64,000 bases of DNA from Marmoricola sp. GTDB taxonomy: Bacteria > Actinomycetota > Actinomycetes > Propionibacteriales > Nocardioidaceae. Below, in pieces: positions 1-9,761 of the stretch. The notes below the pieces were generated by a model that was not told the DNA's origin, did no database searches, and saw only the letters and a list, made by a program, of their open reading frames with translations. The position numbers and the translations under genes are program-made. The stretch is taken from positions 522 through 64,521 of the forward strand of contig JBQCCW010000287.1 of the NCBI GenBank assembly GCA_051961835.1. Direction: 5' to 3'. Each line of letters begins with the position of its first letter. Position 1 is the first letter of the stretch.

Positions 1-36
1 GGCAACACCTGGGTCCTCCAGCAGCTGCCCTCCTGA
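1..36 (+). CDS. 3' end of a gene cut by the window edge, probably VOC/glyoxalase family
   Basis: Frame 1 reads GNTWVLQQLPS-stop, resembling the DPDGNxW C-terminal motif of VOC proteins; only 11 codons are visible. Confidence 0.4.
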   Translation, partial: GNTWVLQQLPS

Positions 37-98
37 CTCGCCGGGCTGACCTCGCCAGCCTGCCGAGTCGCACGGCGAGCCGGCCGTAGACTCCCCGG

Positions 99-1154
99 GT
101 GCTGCCCCGGCCCTACCGCCTGCTGGTGCTCACCGCGGTGGTGATGGCGGCGCTCGCCGGCTACGCGTCGGCCCGGCTGGACATGCCGCTGCGCGAACCA
201 GACAGCTTCCTCGGCCCGGAGTGGGTGCAGGAGGTCGTGTTCGTGCTCTCCGCCTTCGCGGTCGACATCGTGCCCCGGGCGGTGTGGCGGGCGCGGTTCC
301 ACCCCGCTCGCGTGTACGGCGAGGCGCGGCGCATCGTGGTCGAGCACTGGTCCCTCGCGCGCGCCCTCCGGGTGGTCGTCGGCATCACCTGCTTCTTCGT
401 GACCTACGTCAGCTATCGCAACCTGAAGAGCTACCTGCCGTTCGCGCGCTCGACGACCTACGACTACGCGCTCCACCACCTCGACCGGCTGTTGCTCTTC
501 GGCCACGACCCGGCGGTGCTCCTGCACGGGCTGCTCGGCACCGGCATCAGCGCCCAGGTGCTGGCGCTGGCCTACCTCGCCTTCCTCCCGCTGGTCCCGA
601 TCTCCGTGACCGGCTGGGCGGTGTTCGCCCGCCCCGGCACCGCCGGCCTCTGGTACCTCACCGCGGACTGCCTGTGCTGGGCGCTCGGCACGCTCAGCTA
701 CTACCTGATCCCGACGCTCGGGCCGGCGTTCGCCTTCCCCTGGTTGTACGACGCCGTCTCACGGACCGGCATCTCCACCATGCAGGACTCGCTGATCTTC
801 ACCCGCCAGTCGTTGCTGCAGGGTCTGGACGAGTCCGGGGTCCAATCGCTGGCCGCCTTCGCCTCGCTGCACGTCGCCCTCACCCTGATGATGTGCCTGC
901 TCGCCCATTGGACGGTGAAGGCCCGCTGGGTCAGCCGGGCACTGTGGGTCTACCTGGTCCTCGTGGCGCTCTCGACGACGTACTTCGGGTGGCACTACAT
1001 CGTCGACGACATCGCCGGCGCTCTGATCGCCCTCATCGCCGCGTACGGCGGCGGAACGGCCGTCGGCTACCGGTTCGACCGGAGGGGCAGACTCGTCGGC
1101 ACCCCCGCCGACCGACGCCAACCCGAGAAGGAGGACGCCACGTGTCACGTCTGA
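99..1154 (+). CDS. PAP2-family integral membrane phosphatase/phosphotransferase (Aur1/IPC-synthase-like)
   Basis: Multiple hydrophobic segments; motifs [15 protein letters not shown] and [13 protein letters not shown]. Confidence 0.85.
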   Translation: MLPRPYRLLVLTAVVMAALAGYASARLDMPLREPDSFLGPEWVQEVVFVLSAFAVDIVPRAVWRARFHPARVYGEARRIVVEHWSLARALRVVVGITCFFVTYVSYRNLKSYLPFARSTTYDYALHHLDRLLLFGHDPAVLLHGLLGTGISAQVLALAYLAFLPLVPISVTGWAVFARPGTAGLWYLTADCLCWALGTLSYYLIPTLGPAFAFPWLYDAVSRTGISTMQDSLIFTRQSLLQGLDESGVQSLAAFASLHVALTLMMCLLAHWTVKARWVSRALWVYLVLVALSTTYFGWHYIVDDIAGALIALIAAYGGGTAVGYRFDRRGRLVGTPADRRQPEKEDATCHV

Positions 1155-1708
1155 TGTGGTTCTTCGATGCTCCCGACGAGTCCACCCTGCCCGAGCGCCT
1201 GCAAGGGCTGTTCGGCAAGGCCCGCGAGAGCATCGGGTTCGTTCCGAACGTCTTCCGCGCCTACAGCTATCGCCCCGACCGCTTCTCCGCCTGGTTCGCG
1301 CACTTCAAGCAGCTGCACGTCCCCACCGAGAACCTCGACGAGGCGGACCGGGAGATGATCGCGGTCGTGGTGAGCGCCTGGAACCGGTGCACCTACTGCG
1401 TGGTGGCACACGGGCATGCGCTGCGGGTGGCGCTCGGCGACCAGGTGCAGGCCGACCTCATCGCCACGAACTGGCGTCACGCCGGCCTCGACGAGCGCCG
1501 CAGCGCCATCTGCGCGTACGCCGAGAAGCTGACCGCGACGCCCCACCTCATGGTGGAGGAGGACCTCCACGCCCTGCGGGCGGTCGGCTTGAGCGACGAG
1601 GAGATCTGGGACGTCGCCGAGATCACCTCGATGTACAACTTCACCAACCGACTCGCCCTGGCGCTCGACCAACGGCCCAACCCCGAGTATCACCACCTGG
1701 ACCGCTGA
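1142..1708 (+). CDS. Peroxidase-related enzyme, AhpD/carboxymuconolactone decarboxylase-like
   Basis: GFVPNVF and [21 protein letters not shown] (CxxC) motifs; GTG at 1142 preceded by GAAGGAGG. Confidence 0.85.
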   Translation: MSRLMWFFDAPDESTLPERLQGLFGKARESIGFVPNVFRAYSYRPDRFSAWFAHFKQLHVPTENLDEADREMIAVVVSAWNRCTYCVVAHGHALRVALGDQVQADLIATNWRHAGLDERRSAICAYAEKLTATPHLMVEEDLHALRAVGLSDEEIWDVAEITSMYNFTNRLALALDQRPNPEYHHLDR

Positions 1709-1970
1709 GCGCTCACGCCGCCCCTCCTCGAGCACCACCGACGGTCCCGCGGAGCCAGCGGCAGCGCGCTCCGGACGCGGCACGGGCGGCGCGCCGCTCC
1801 TGCCTGGCGCGGCGCTTGAGCTCTCGGCGCAACCGAGCGGTCCCGGGAGGCGAGCGGTGGAGCGGCAGCATCTCCACCTCGATCGGCACGCACGGCCGCC
1901 CGGAGAGGGATCCCATCTCCACAGGCTACGTCGAGCGACTGCGCCGCCTCGCTCGTCGTTCAGGATGACG

Positions 1971-2002
1971 AAAGCCCGTCCGGTCGCGGACCGAACGGGC
2001 TC
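1971..2002 (-). terminator. Intrinsic terminator-like hairpin downstream of tRNA-Ala
   Basis: GCCCGT-CCGGTC-GCG-GACCG-A-ACGGGC inverted repeat followed by TTTC on the minus strand. Confidence 0.6.
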
Positions 2003-2007
2003 ACATC

Positions 2008-2082
<75 letters not shown>

Positions 2083-2177
2083 AGTACGCCTCGCGGCGCG
2101 TGGAGAAAGTTACCACCGGGATGGGTGGGCCCAGCAAATCGACCCCCGCACCTCGGCGCGAGCCGGCCCCGCGTCGC

Positions 2178-2984
2178 TCAGGCGCCGGCAGCGCGACGCT
2201 GCTCGGTGACCTCGGCGACCCCGGCGTCCTCGGCGCTGCCCTTGGTCGCGGTCGCGTCGCGGACCAGCGCGGTGTCGGCGGCGTCGTGGCCCGAGGAGGT
2301 GACCTCGCGGCGGGTGAGCTCGATCGTCCGCACGGTACGGCGGGCAGCGGGCTTGGTGACGTAGGTCGGCAGCGTGACCGGGAGCGGGTCCCACAGCGAC
2401 CCCTCATCGGCGAGCGGCTGCTCGCCGAGGCCGGCGGCGGCGAGGTCGGCCCGGGCGACGCCCACGGTGTCCTCGGAGTCCTCGGAGTCCTCGGAGTCGT
2501 CGTCCTCGACCGACTCGACGGGGGCGGGCGCACGGGACGCGGTCACCGCCGGGGCGGCGAAGCGGGCCTGCTGTCGACGGACGCTGAGGCGGGCGACGAG
2601 CAGGAACAGCACGATCATCGCGGCCGGGATGGCGACAGCCCACCACCCCACCACGGAGAACGCGGCGAGCGCGACCGTGGCGACCAGCAGGACCGTGAGC
2701 ACGGCGAGGACCCGCCGGCGGCGCGCGGCGGCGCCGCGGGCGGCCGCGCGCGTGAGCGCGGGGACGCGCACGACGGTCTCCGCCACCGCGGCCACGGCGA
2801 CGTCCTCCTCCACGACGACGTCGTCGCCGGCACGACCGCGCGCTCCGAGCACCCGCAGGCGGGAGGAGAAGCTCTCGACCGACCGGGTGCGCGCGAGCTC
2901 GTCGTGCTGCTGCAGCGCCTTGGGAATCAGGTAGACGGCCCACGCGAGTGCGAGGGCGACGAAGATGACGCCTGACAGGTCCAC
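2178..2984 (-). CDS. Membrane protein, SepX/GlpR-like divisome family
   Basis: N-terminal TM (WAVYLIP), two further TMs after an RRRR cluster, WDPLPVTLPTYV motif; lies between rimJ-like gene and tRNA-Ala. Confidence 0.65.
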   Translation of the reverse strand: MDLSGVIFVALALAWAVYLIPKALQQHDELARTRSVESFSSRLRVLGARGRAGDDVVVEEDVAVAAVAETVVRVPALTRAAARGAAARRRRVLAVLTVLLVATVALAAFSVVGWWAVAIPAAMIVLFLLVARLSVRRQQARFAAPAVTASRAPAPVESVEDDDSEDSEDSEDTVGVARADLAAAGLGEQPLADEGSLWDPLPVTLPTYVTKPAARRTVRTIELTRREVTSSGHDAADTALVRDATATKGSAEDAGVAEVTEQRRAAGA

Positions 2985-3045
2985 GCCGCGCAGCCTAGGA
3001 GCGTACGAAGGGTCCCACCGGGACCCGTCGCGGTGTGTCGCAAGA

Positions 3046-3648
3046 TCACTCGTGTGACTGTTGTGATTGGAGCCGGCGGAGCAGGCCGGGGAACGCCTCC
3101 TCCTTGGTCACCCCGAAGAGCAGGTGGTCACGCCAGTCGCCGTCGATGTGCAGGTAGCCCGGCGCGAGTCCGATCAGCCGGATCCCGAGCTTGTCGACCA
3201 CTCGGAGCGAGGCGTGGTTCTCCGGGCGGATCGCCACCTCGATGCGGTGCAGGCCCACCTGCTCGAAGCAGTGGTCGATCACCATCGCGACGGCGCGGGG
3301 CATGATGCCCCGCCCGGCGTACTGCTGGTCGATCCAGTAGCCGATCGAGGCGAACTGGGCCGAGCCCCGCACGACGTTGTTGACCGTCACCTGGCCGGCG
3401 AGCCGGCCGTCGACCTCGAGCACGAACGGCAGCTGCCTCCCTGCTCGCGCGGCCCGCAGCATGTCGCGCGCCATCGAGCCGAACGTCCGCCCGCGGTTGT
3501 CGCTCCCCGGGGGCGCCGTCGCGTCCCAGCGCTGCAGCCACGCCAGGTTGCGCTGACGCGCCGCGCGCCACGCGGTGCGGTCCGAGGGCGAGATCGGCCG
3601 CAGCCGGATCTCGCCCTGCTGCAGCACCGCAGGCCAGCCCTTGCTCAT
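3046..3648 (-). CDS. rimJ: GNAT N-acetyltransferase, RimJ/RimL family
   Basis: IGYWID, LHRIEVAIRPENHASLRVVDKLG and YLHIDGDWRDH motifs. Confidence 0.85.
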   Translation of the reverse strand: MSKGWPAVLQQGEIRLRPISPSDRTAWRAARQRNLAWLQRWDATAPPGSDNRGRTFGSMARDMLRAARAGRQLPFVLEVDGRLAGQVTVNNVVRGSAQFASIGYWIDQQYAGRGIMPRAVAMVIDHCFEQVGLHRIEVAIRPENHASLRVVDKLGIRLIGLAPGYLHIDGDWRDHLLFGVTKEEAFPGLLRRLQSQQSHE

Positions 3649-3664
3649 CGCCGATCCCCGCAGC

Positions 3665-4131
3665 TCAGTGGTCGCTGCCGACGATCTGCTCGGCGGCGTG
3701 CCGCAGGAGCGGGACGACGACCTCCAAGCCGTCCTTCACCCCGCCCCGCGAGCCGGGCAGATTCACCACGAGCGTCTGACCCACCACCCCCGCGAGCCCC
3801 CGGGAGAGCGCCGCGGTCGCCACCCCCTTGCTCACGCCACGGGCGCGCACCGCCTCCGCGATGCCCGGCACCTCGCGGTCGAGCAGGGCGCGGGTGACCT
3901 CGGGAGTGCGGTCGGTGGGGGTGAGCCCGGTGCCCCCGGTGGTGAGCACCACCCTCGCCCCGTCGGCGACCGCGGCGCGGATCGCCAGGCCGACCGGCTC
4001 GCCGTCGGGCACGACGTCGGGGTCGGCGACCTCGAAGCCCGCGTCGCGCAGGGCGGCGACGATCAGCGGGCCCGTGGCGTCCTCGTAGACGCCGGCCGCC
4101 GCGCGGTTGGAGGCGACCACGACGGCGGCCC

Positions 4132-4135
<4 letters not shown>
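3665..4135 (-). CDS. moaB: Molybdopterin adenylyltransferase, MogA/MoaB family
   Basis: TTGGTG, DRTPE and VNLPGS motifs; ATG at 4135 overlaps the moaC stop. Confidence 0.9.
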
Positions 4136-4614
<479 letters not shown>

Positions 4615-4615
4615 G

Positions 4616-5842
4616 TCAGAACTCCCTGTCCAGCAGCATCACCGGGACGGTCTCCCCCGCGGCAGCCTCGGTCCGGTCCTCGCCGAGGACGATGAGTGCG
4701 TTCGCTCCGGCGAGCCCTCCGAGCAGGTGCGACCCCGGACCGCCCACCGGCGTGACGCGGGACCCGTCGCGGTCGGTGACCACGTGCCCCCGCAGGAACG
4801 TACGCCGGCCCGCCGGCGAGCCCACCCCCGCGGTCAGCGTGGCGGCGAACAACGGCCGCGAGACCTGCTCTCGGCCCATCATCCGCCGCAGCGCCGGGGC
4901 CACGAACACCTCGAAGGAGACGTAGGAGGACACCGGATTGCCCGGCAGCGCGAATAGCGGCGTCCGGTCCGTGCCCACGTGGCCGAAGCCCTGCGGCTTG
5001 CCCGGCTGCATCGCCACCTCGCGGAACGTCATCCCCGGCTCGTCGCGCAGCGCCGCCTTGACGACGTCGCGGGTTCCCTTGCTGACGCCGCCGCTGGTGA
5101 CCACCGCGTCGGCACGGACCAACTGGTCCTCCAGCGCCTCGCGGAACGCCTCGACGTCGTCGGCGACGGCGCGGACCCGGTAGGCCAGCGCACCGGTCGC
5201 CCGGACGGCGGCGGTCAGCAGGAAGGAGTTCGCGTCGTGGATCGCACCCGGCCGCAGGTCCTTCCCCGGCTCGACCAGCTCCGCGCCGGTCGACATCACC
5301 ACCACGCGAGGGCGCGGCGCGACCAGGACGTCGGCCACCCCGACCCCGGCGACGGCCCCCACCTGGCGTGGGCCCAGCACGTCGCCGGCGCGGGCGATCA
5401 CGTCGCCGGCCCGGACGTCCTCGCCCGCGCGGCGCAGGTGCTGGCCGGGCGTGGGAGCGCGGCGTACCTCCACCGTGGTGTCGCCGCCGTCGGTCCACTC
5501 CACCGGCACGACGGTGTCCGCGCCCTCGGGGATCGGAGCGCCGGTCATGATCCGCAGCGTCGTGCCGTCGGTGACGGTGAGGTCGGGCGCGTCCCCGGCA
5601 TGCACGTCGCCGAGGACCCGCAACGTCACCGGGCGGGTGATGTTGGCGTGCGCCACGTCGGCGAACCGCAGGGCGTAGCCGTCCATGGCGGAGTTGTCGA
5701 ACGCCGGCAGCCCGCGGGGAGCCACCACGTCCGCCGCCAGCGGCAGGCCCACGGACTCGAGGAGGGGGTGCGGGCCGGGCGGCAGCGGCGTGATGCCCGC
5801 GAGCACCTCGGCGAGGTGGTCGTCGACGCTGACCGGCTCCAT
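4616..5842 (-). CDS. moeA: Molybdopterin molybdotransferase (gephyrin-like Glp/MoeA)
   Basis: FDNSAMDGYA, IMTGAPIP, STGAEL, TSGGVS, PGKPQ and LPGNPVS motifs. Confidence 0.95.
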   Translation of the reverse strand: MEPVSVDDHLAEVLAGITPLPPGPHPLLESVGLPLAADVVAPRGLPAFDNSAMDGYALRFADVAHANITRPVTLRVLGDVHAGDAPDLTVTDGTTLRIMTGAPIPEGADTVVPVEWTDGGDTTVEVRRAPTPGQHLRRAGEDVRAGDVIARAGDVLGPRQVGAVAGVGVADVLVAPRPRVVVMSTGAELVEPGKDLRPGAIHDANSFLLTAAVRATGALAYRVRAVADDVEAFREALEDQLVRADAVVTSGGVSKGTRDVVKAALRDEPGMTFREVAMQPGKPQGFGHVGTDRTPLFALPGNPVSSYVSFEVFVAPALRRMMGREQVSRPLFAATLTAGVGSPAGRRTFLRGHVVTDRDGSRVTPVGGPGSHLLGGLAGANALIVLGEDRTEAAAGETVPVMLLDREF

Positions 5843-7287
5843 CAGCGCTTCCCGGCCGGGGCGCCGTCGCTCCGGCCCGGGCCACTGTCGGCTCCGCCGT
5901 CCTCGGTGAGCACCGCGCCGCTCTCGACCCGCCCGTGCTCGCCGGCCAGGCGTACGGCGCCGACGACCCGCACGTCCTCGCCGAAGCTCCAGTCGCCCTC
6001 GACCACCAGGGAGCGGGCGTCGCGCATCGAGGGGACACCGGAGGGGAACCGCTTGTCGAACTCCCCGACGCGCTTGTAGTGCTCGGAGAGGTCGACGAAC
6101 GGGATGTCCTCGGCCGCCTGGTCGAGCACGAAGTCCCCGCCGAGGTCGTAGGCGTCCGAGCGCAGCACGAGCAGGTCGTTGGTCGTCTTGACCGGCACGA
6201 ACCTATCGCGGCCCACCTCGATGGTCCGGGCGCCTTCGAAGATCTCGATCGCGGCGCCCATCGCGGTCTCGATCTGCACGACCTCCGGGCTCGCCGGGTC
6301 GGCCGGGTCGACCGTCTTGGTGTTGCGGATCAGCGGAAGGCCGAGGACGCCGTCGCGGCGGTCGAGCTCCGCGCTCATCGCGCGCAGGTCGAACCACAGG
6401 TTGTTCGTGGAGGTGAACCGGTGCCGGTCGAGGTCGGCCAGCGCCTCCTTGTCCTCGGGCAGCGTCTGCGCGGTCTCGCGCAGGATGATCCGGCCGTCGG
6501 ATCGGCGGGTGGCGAAGTGACCGCCCTTGCGGTCCGACGGCGTCCGGCGTACCGCCTCGATCGCGAAGGGCGCACCGGAGGCGGCGAACCAGCCCGCCAC
6601 CCGCGGATCGGCGACGGCACCCAGGTTGTCGGAGTTCGACACGAAGGCGCGCTCGTACCCTGCGTCGATGAGCCGCTGCAGCAGCCCGGTGCCGCGCAGC
6701 GCGGTGTAGAGGTCGCCGTGGCCCGGCGGGCACCACTCGAGCTCGGGGTCGCGCGGCCAGCTCACCGGGGTGAGGTCGCGGGCCAGCAACTTGGGCTCCT
6801 TGTTCTGCAGGAACTCCAGCGGGAGGCCCTCGACGGACAGGCGCTGCTCGGCGTCGGGAGCGTCGTACCGGGCCAGGGCGGCCATCGTGTCGGCCGAGGT
6901 GCGGAAGCTGTTCATGAAGATCAGCGGCAGCCGGACCCCGTGCTCGCGGCGCAGGGCGAGCACCTGGCGCGCGATCACGTCCAGGAAGGACAGGCCCCGT
7001 CGCACGCACAGCAGCGACTTGGCGCGGTCCATGCCCATCGAGGTGCCGAGGCCGCCGTTGAGCTTGATCACCACCGTGCCGGCGAGCGCGTGGGCCGCGA
7101 CGCCGTCGGGCACGTCGGCCGCGGCCAGCGACTCCATGTCCAGCGGCTCGATGGAGTGCTCGGGGATCATCCCGGTCTCGCCGTGCTCGAGCAGGCGGTA
7201 GTAGTGCGCGAACACGTCGATGGCGACCGGATCCACGCCGGCCTTCGCCATCTTCTCCCGGGCTGCGGCCAGGCCCTGCTCACTCAT
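5842..7287 (-). CDS. UTP--glucose-1-phosphate uridylyltransferase, eukaryote-like UDPGP type
   Basis: KLNGGLGTSMG, EWCPPGHGD, FVSNSDNLGA, TNNLW, ETAMGAAI and RFVPVKTTNDLL motifs; start MSEQGL at 7287. Confidence 0.93.
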   Translation of the reverse strand: MSEQGLAAAREKMAKAGVDPVAIDVFAHYYRLLEHGETGMIPEHSIEPLDMESLAAADVPDGVAAHALAGTVVIKLNGGLGTSMGMDRAKSLLCVRRGLSFLDVIARQVLALRREHGVRLPLIFMNSFRTSADTMAALARYDAPDAEQRLSVEGLPLEFLQNKEPKLLARDLTPVSWPRDPELEWCPPGHGDLYTALRGTGLLQRLIDAGYERAFVSNSDNLGAVADPRVAGWFAASGAPFAIEAVRRTPSDRKGGHFATRRSDGRIILRETAQTLPEDKEALADLDRHRFTSTNNLWFDLRAMSAELDRRDGVLGLPLIRNTKTVDPADPASPEVVQIETAMGAAIEIFEGARTIEVGRDRFVPVKTTNDLLVLRSDAYDLGGDFVLDQAAEDIPFVDLSEHYKRVGEFDKRFPSGVPSMRDARSLVVEGDWSFGEDVRVVGAVRLAGEHGRVESGAVLTEDGGADSGPGRSDGAPAGKR

Positions 7288-7341
7288 CGCGACTCCCCGG
7301 TCGTCGGACGCACCATGAAACGATCGTAGGGTGGCGGGGCG

Positions 7342-7938
7342 ATGGATCACATCGAGGCGTCCACCTCGGCAGCGAAGACCGCGCTGCGCGACCAGCTGAT
7401 CACCTACCGGGGGCGGTTGGGGCCGGCCGTGATCGCCGAGCGCGCGCGGGCGGTGGCCGAGGCGCTGCTCGCCGCGCCGGAGGTACGCCGGGCCGCGACC
7501 GTGGCCGCCTACGTGTCGGTGGGACGGGAGCCGGGCACGGGTCCGCTCCTCGACGGCCTGGTGGGCGCCGGCAAGCGGGTGATCCTGCCGCTGCTGCAGC
7601 CCGACGACGACCTGGACTGGGCGGTCTACCGGGGGCCCGACGCGCTCGCGTCGGCCCGTCGGGGCCTGCTCGAGCCCACGACGCCCGCAGTGGGGCGGGC
7701 GGCCGTCGCGACCGCCGATGTGGTCGTGGTGCCCGGGCTGGCCGTGGACGTCCGCGGGATGCGGCTGGGTCGCGGTGGTGGCAGTTACGACCGGGCGCTC
7801 GCTCGCGCGACCGGGACCACCGTGGTCGTGCTCAACAGCGAGGAGGTGCTCGCGGAGGTGCCGGCCGCGCCGCACGACCGTAGGGTCCATGGCGTGGTCA
7901 CCGAGCAGGGCTTCCGCCGGTTCCGACCGGTTTCGTGA
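7342..7938 (+). CDS. 5-formyltetrahydrofolate cyclo-ligase
   Basis: K..LR N-terminus, VPGLAVD..G.RLGRGGGSYDR and PHD motifs. Confidence 0.93.
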   Translation: MDHIEASTSAAKTALRDQLITYRGRLGPAVIAERARAVAEALLAAPEVRRAATVAAYVSVGREPGTGPLLDGLVGAGKRVILPLLQPDDDLDWAVYRGPDALASARRGLLEPTTPAVGRAAVATADVVVVPGLAVDVRGMRLGRGGGSYDRALARATGTTVVVLNSEEVLAEVPAAPHDRRVHGVVTEQGFRRFRPVS

Positions 7939-7951
7939 CGACACGCTATGA

Positions 7952-7978
7952 TTGGCACTCGCGGGACGAGAGTGCCAG
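7952..7978. promoter_or_regulatory. CIRCE-like HrcA operator
   Basis: TTGGCACTC-N9-GAGTGCCAG versus consensus TTAGCACTC-N9-GAGTGCTAA, about 60 bp upstream of the FmdB gene. Confidence 0.85.
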
Positions 7979-8036
7979 TCGAGAGCGAGTCAGCCCCGGT
8001 CCCGCGGGGCGTGCGCATGACGAGTCGAGGAGTCCC

Positions 8037-8360
8037 GTGCCGACCTATCAGTACTCCTGCACCGACTGCGGCCGGTTCCTGGAGGTGGTCCAGAGCTTCA
8101 GCGACGACGCGCTGACCACCTGCCCCGAGTGCGAGGGCCGGCTGCGCAAGGTGTTCAACGCCGTCGGTGTCGTCTTCAAGGGCTCGGGCTTCTACCGCAC
8201 CGACAGCCGCAAGGGCGGCCCGGGCGGGTCCGGCTCCGACACCGGCTCGTCCTCCGCCTCGACCTCGTCCTCCGCATCGTCGAGCTCCTCGTCCGCGTCC
8301 ACATCGGGCGACGGCGCGAAGGCCAGCACGCCGGCCACCAGCGGGAGCACGTCCTCCTGA
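8037..8360 (+). CDS. FmdB-family zinc ribbon protein (Rv0991c-like) with Ser-rich tail
   Basis: (M)PTYQYSCTDC...CPEC...FKGSGFYRTDS; GTG start after GAGGAG. Confidence 0.92.
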   Translation: MPTYQYSCTDCGRFLEVVQSFSDDALTTCPECEGRLRKVFNAVGVVFKGSGFYRTDSRKGGPGGSGSDTGSSSASTSSSASSSSSSASTSGDGAKASTPATSGSTSS

Positions 8361-8466
8361 TCCCGGCCTGCTGACCCCGGGCTCCTGACCTGGGCTCCTG
8401 ACCTGGGCCCCTTGCCCCTGTGGACGGCGGCCGACGCCGTCGTCGCGAACCTGCCAGCGTGGCCCG

Positions 8467-9117
8467 ATGACCACGCTCACGGCCCTGGCCGACTCCTGGG
8501 CTGACCGGTTCGACCGGCTGCGGCGCCGGGTGCTCTGGCACCGCCGCGCCCTGGCGGCGGCGTGCTGTGCCGGCGCCGTGTGGGCCGGAGTGCACGCGGC
8601 CGCCCCACCGCCGCCGCAGACCGTCGCCGTCTGGACCACTGCCCGCCCGCTGTCCTCCGGCGCGGTCCTCACCTCCGCAGACCTGGTCCGGCGTCCGTTC
8701 GCGCCCGGCAGCGTCCCCGAGGAGCGGCTGCGCTCCCCCGGCGACGTCGTCGGACGCGTCTTGGCCCGTCCGGTCGGAGCGGGAGCGGTCCTCACGGCCG
8801 CGGACGTCGTGGGCGACCACTGGCTCGACGGGCGGCCCGGCATGTCGGCCGTCCCCGTGCGAGTCACCGACGCCGCCGCGGCGGGGCTGCTGAGGGTCGG
8901 TGACCGGGTGGCTCTGCTCGCCGCCGACCCGCAAGGTCGAGAGCCGGCGACCACGCTGGCGACCGACGCCGCGGTGCTCGCCGTGCCGGCACGGGCCGGC
9001 GACGGCAACGCTGCGCTGCCCGGTCGCCTGGTGGTGGTCGGCGTGCCGGCCCCGTCGGCCGCGACGCTCGCCGCAGCCGCCACGCGAGGCTTCCTCACCG
9101 TCGTCTGGACCCGCTAG
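8467..9117 (+). CDS. SAF-domain / CpaB-like protein (Rv0990c-like)
   Basis: N-terminal TM; ARPLSSGAVLTSADL and LLRVGDRV motifs; lies between FmdB gene and mscL. Confidence 0.75.
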   Translation: MTTLTALADSWADRFDRLRRRVLWHRRALAAACCAGAVWAGVHAAAPPPPQTVAVWTTARPLSSGAVLTSADLVRRPFAPGSVPEERLRSPGDVVGRVLARPVGAGAVLTAADVVGDHWLDGRPGMSAVPVRVTDAAAAGLLRVGDRVALLAADPQGREPATTLATDAAVLAVPARAGDGNAALPGRLVVVGVPAPSAATLAAAATRGFLTVVWTR

Positions 9118-9167
9118 CGTCAGCCGCACCCACCGGCCCTCTCGGGGCCCGAGCGAGGAGCAGTGCG

Positions 9168-9533
9168 ATGACCGGATTCAAGAACTTCATCCTGCGGGGC
9201 AACCTGATCGAGCTGGCCGTCGCCTTCATCATGGCGACCGCCTTCGCCGCGGTCGTCACCACCTTCACGGCGCTGATCCTCGCGCTGATCGGCAAGGCGG
9301 GCGGGAACCCGAACTTCGACAGCTGGCACCCCGGCGGCCTGCCGGTCGGCGTCTTCATCACCGCGGTGGTGGCGTTCCTCATCCTGGCCGCGATCGTCTA
9401 CTTCCTCATCGTGGTGCCCTACACCAAGGCCAAGGAGCGCTACTTCCCCTCCGAGGCGCCTGCCACCCCGGCCGACGTCGCGCTGCTGGAGGAGATCCGC
9501 GACCTGCTCCGTCAGCAGCAGTCCCGGGGCTGA
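9168..9533 (+). CDS. mscL: Large-conductance mechanosensitive channel
   Basis: FKNFILRGNLIELAVAF N-terminus and LLEEIRDLL C-terminus. Confidence 0.95.
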   Translation: MTGFKNFILRGNLIELAVAFIMATAFAAVVTTFTALILALIGKAGGNPNFDSWHPGGLPVGVFITAVVAFLILAAIVYFLIVVPYTKAKERYFPSEAPATPADVALLEEIRDLLRQQQSRG

Positions 9534-9563
9534 TCGGGGGCCGATCCAGCCTTGGCCGTCGCG

Positions 9564-9761
9564 TCAGGGAGTGCCGTGGTGCGGCGGCACCTCCCGGCGC
9601 AGCCGGTCGTCGCTGGCGCGGTCGTCGCGCCGCTCGCCGGGATCACCGGGGTCCCGCTGGTCGTCACGCGTCTGCGACGACGTCCCGCCGAACACCTCCT
9701 CGAGGCGCCGGCGGCGCCGCGCCCGCGCCACCGCGGAGCGACGCTCCTCCTCCGCGGTCAC
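9564..9761 (-). CDS. Small hypothetical protein (65 aa)
   Basis: GTG overlaps upstream stop (GTGA); RRRRLEEVFG...TRDD...LRREVPPHHG resembles short ORFs I recall near mscL in actinobacteria. Confidence 0.6.
   Translation of the reverse strand: MTAEEERRSAVARARRRRRLEEVFGGTSSQTRDDQRDPGDPGERRDDRASDDRLRREVPPHHGTP

Noticed and set aside
1855-1863. CGGTGGAGC matching the tRNA-Ala 3' end, as a possible att site
   Set aside because: Only 9 GC-rich bases and no integrase nearby; expected by chance
2469-2497. GTCCTCGGA x3 repeat (SED) in the GlpR-like gene
   Set aside because: Short in-frame repeat in an acidic disordered linker; unremarkable
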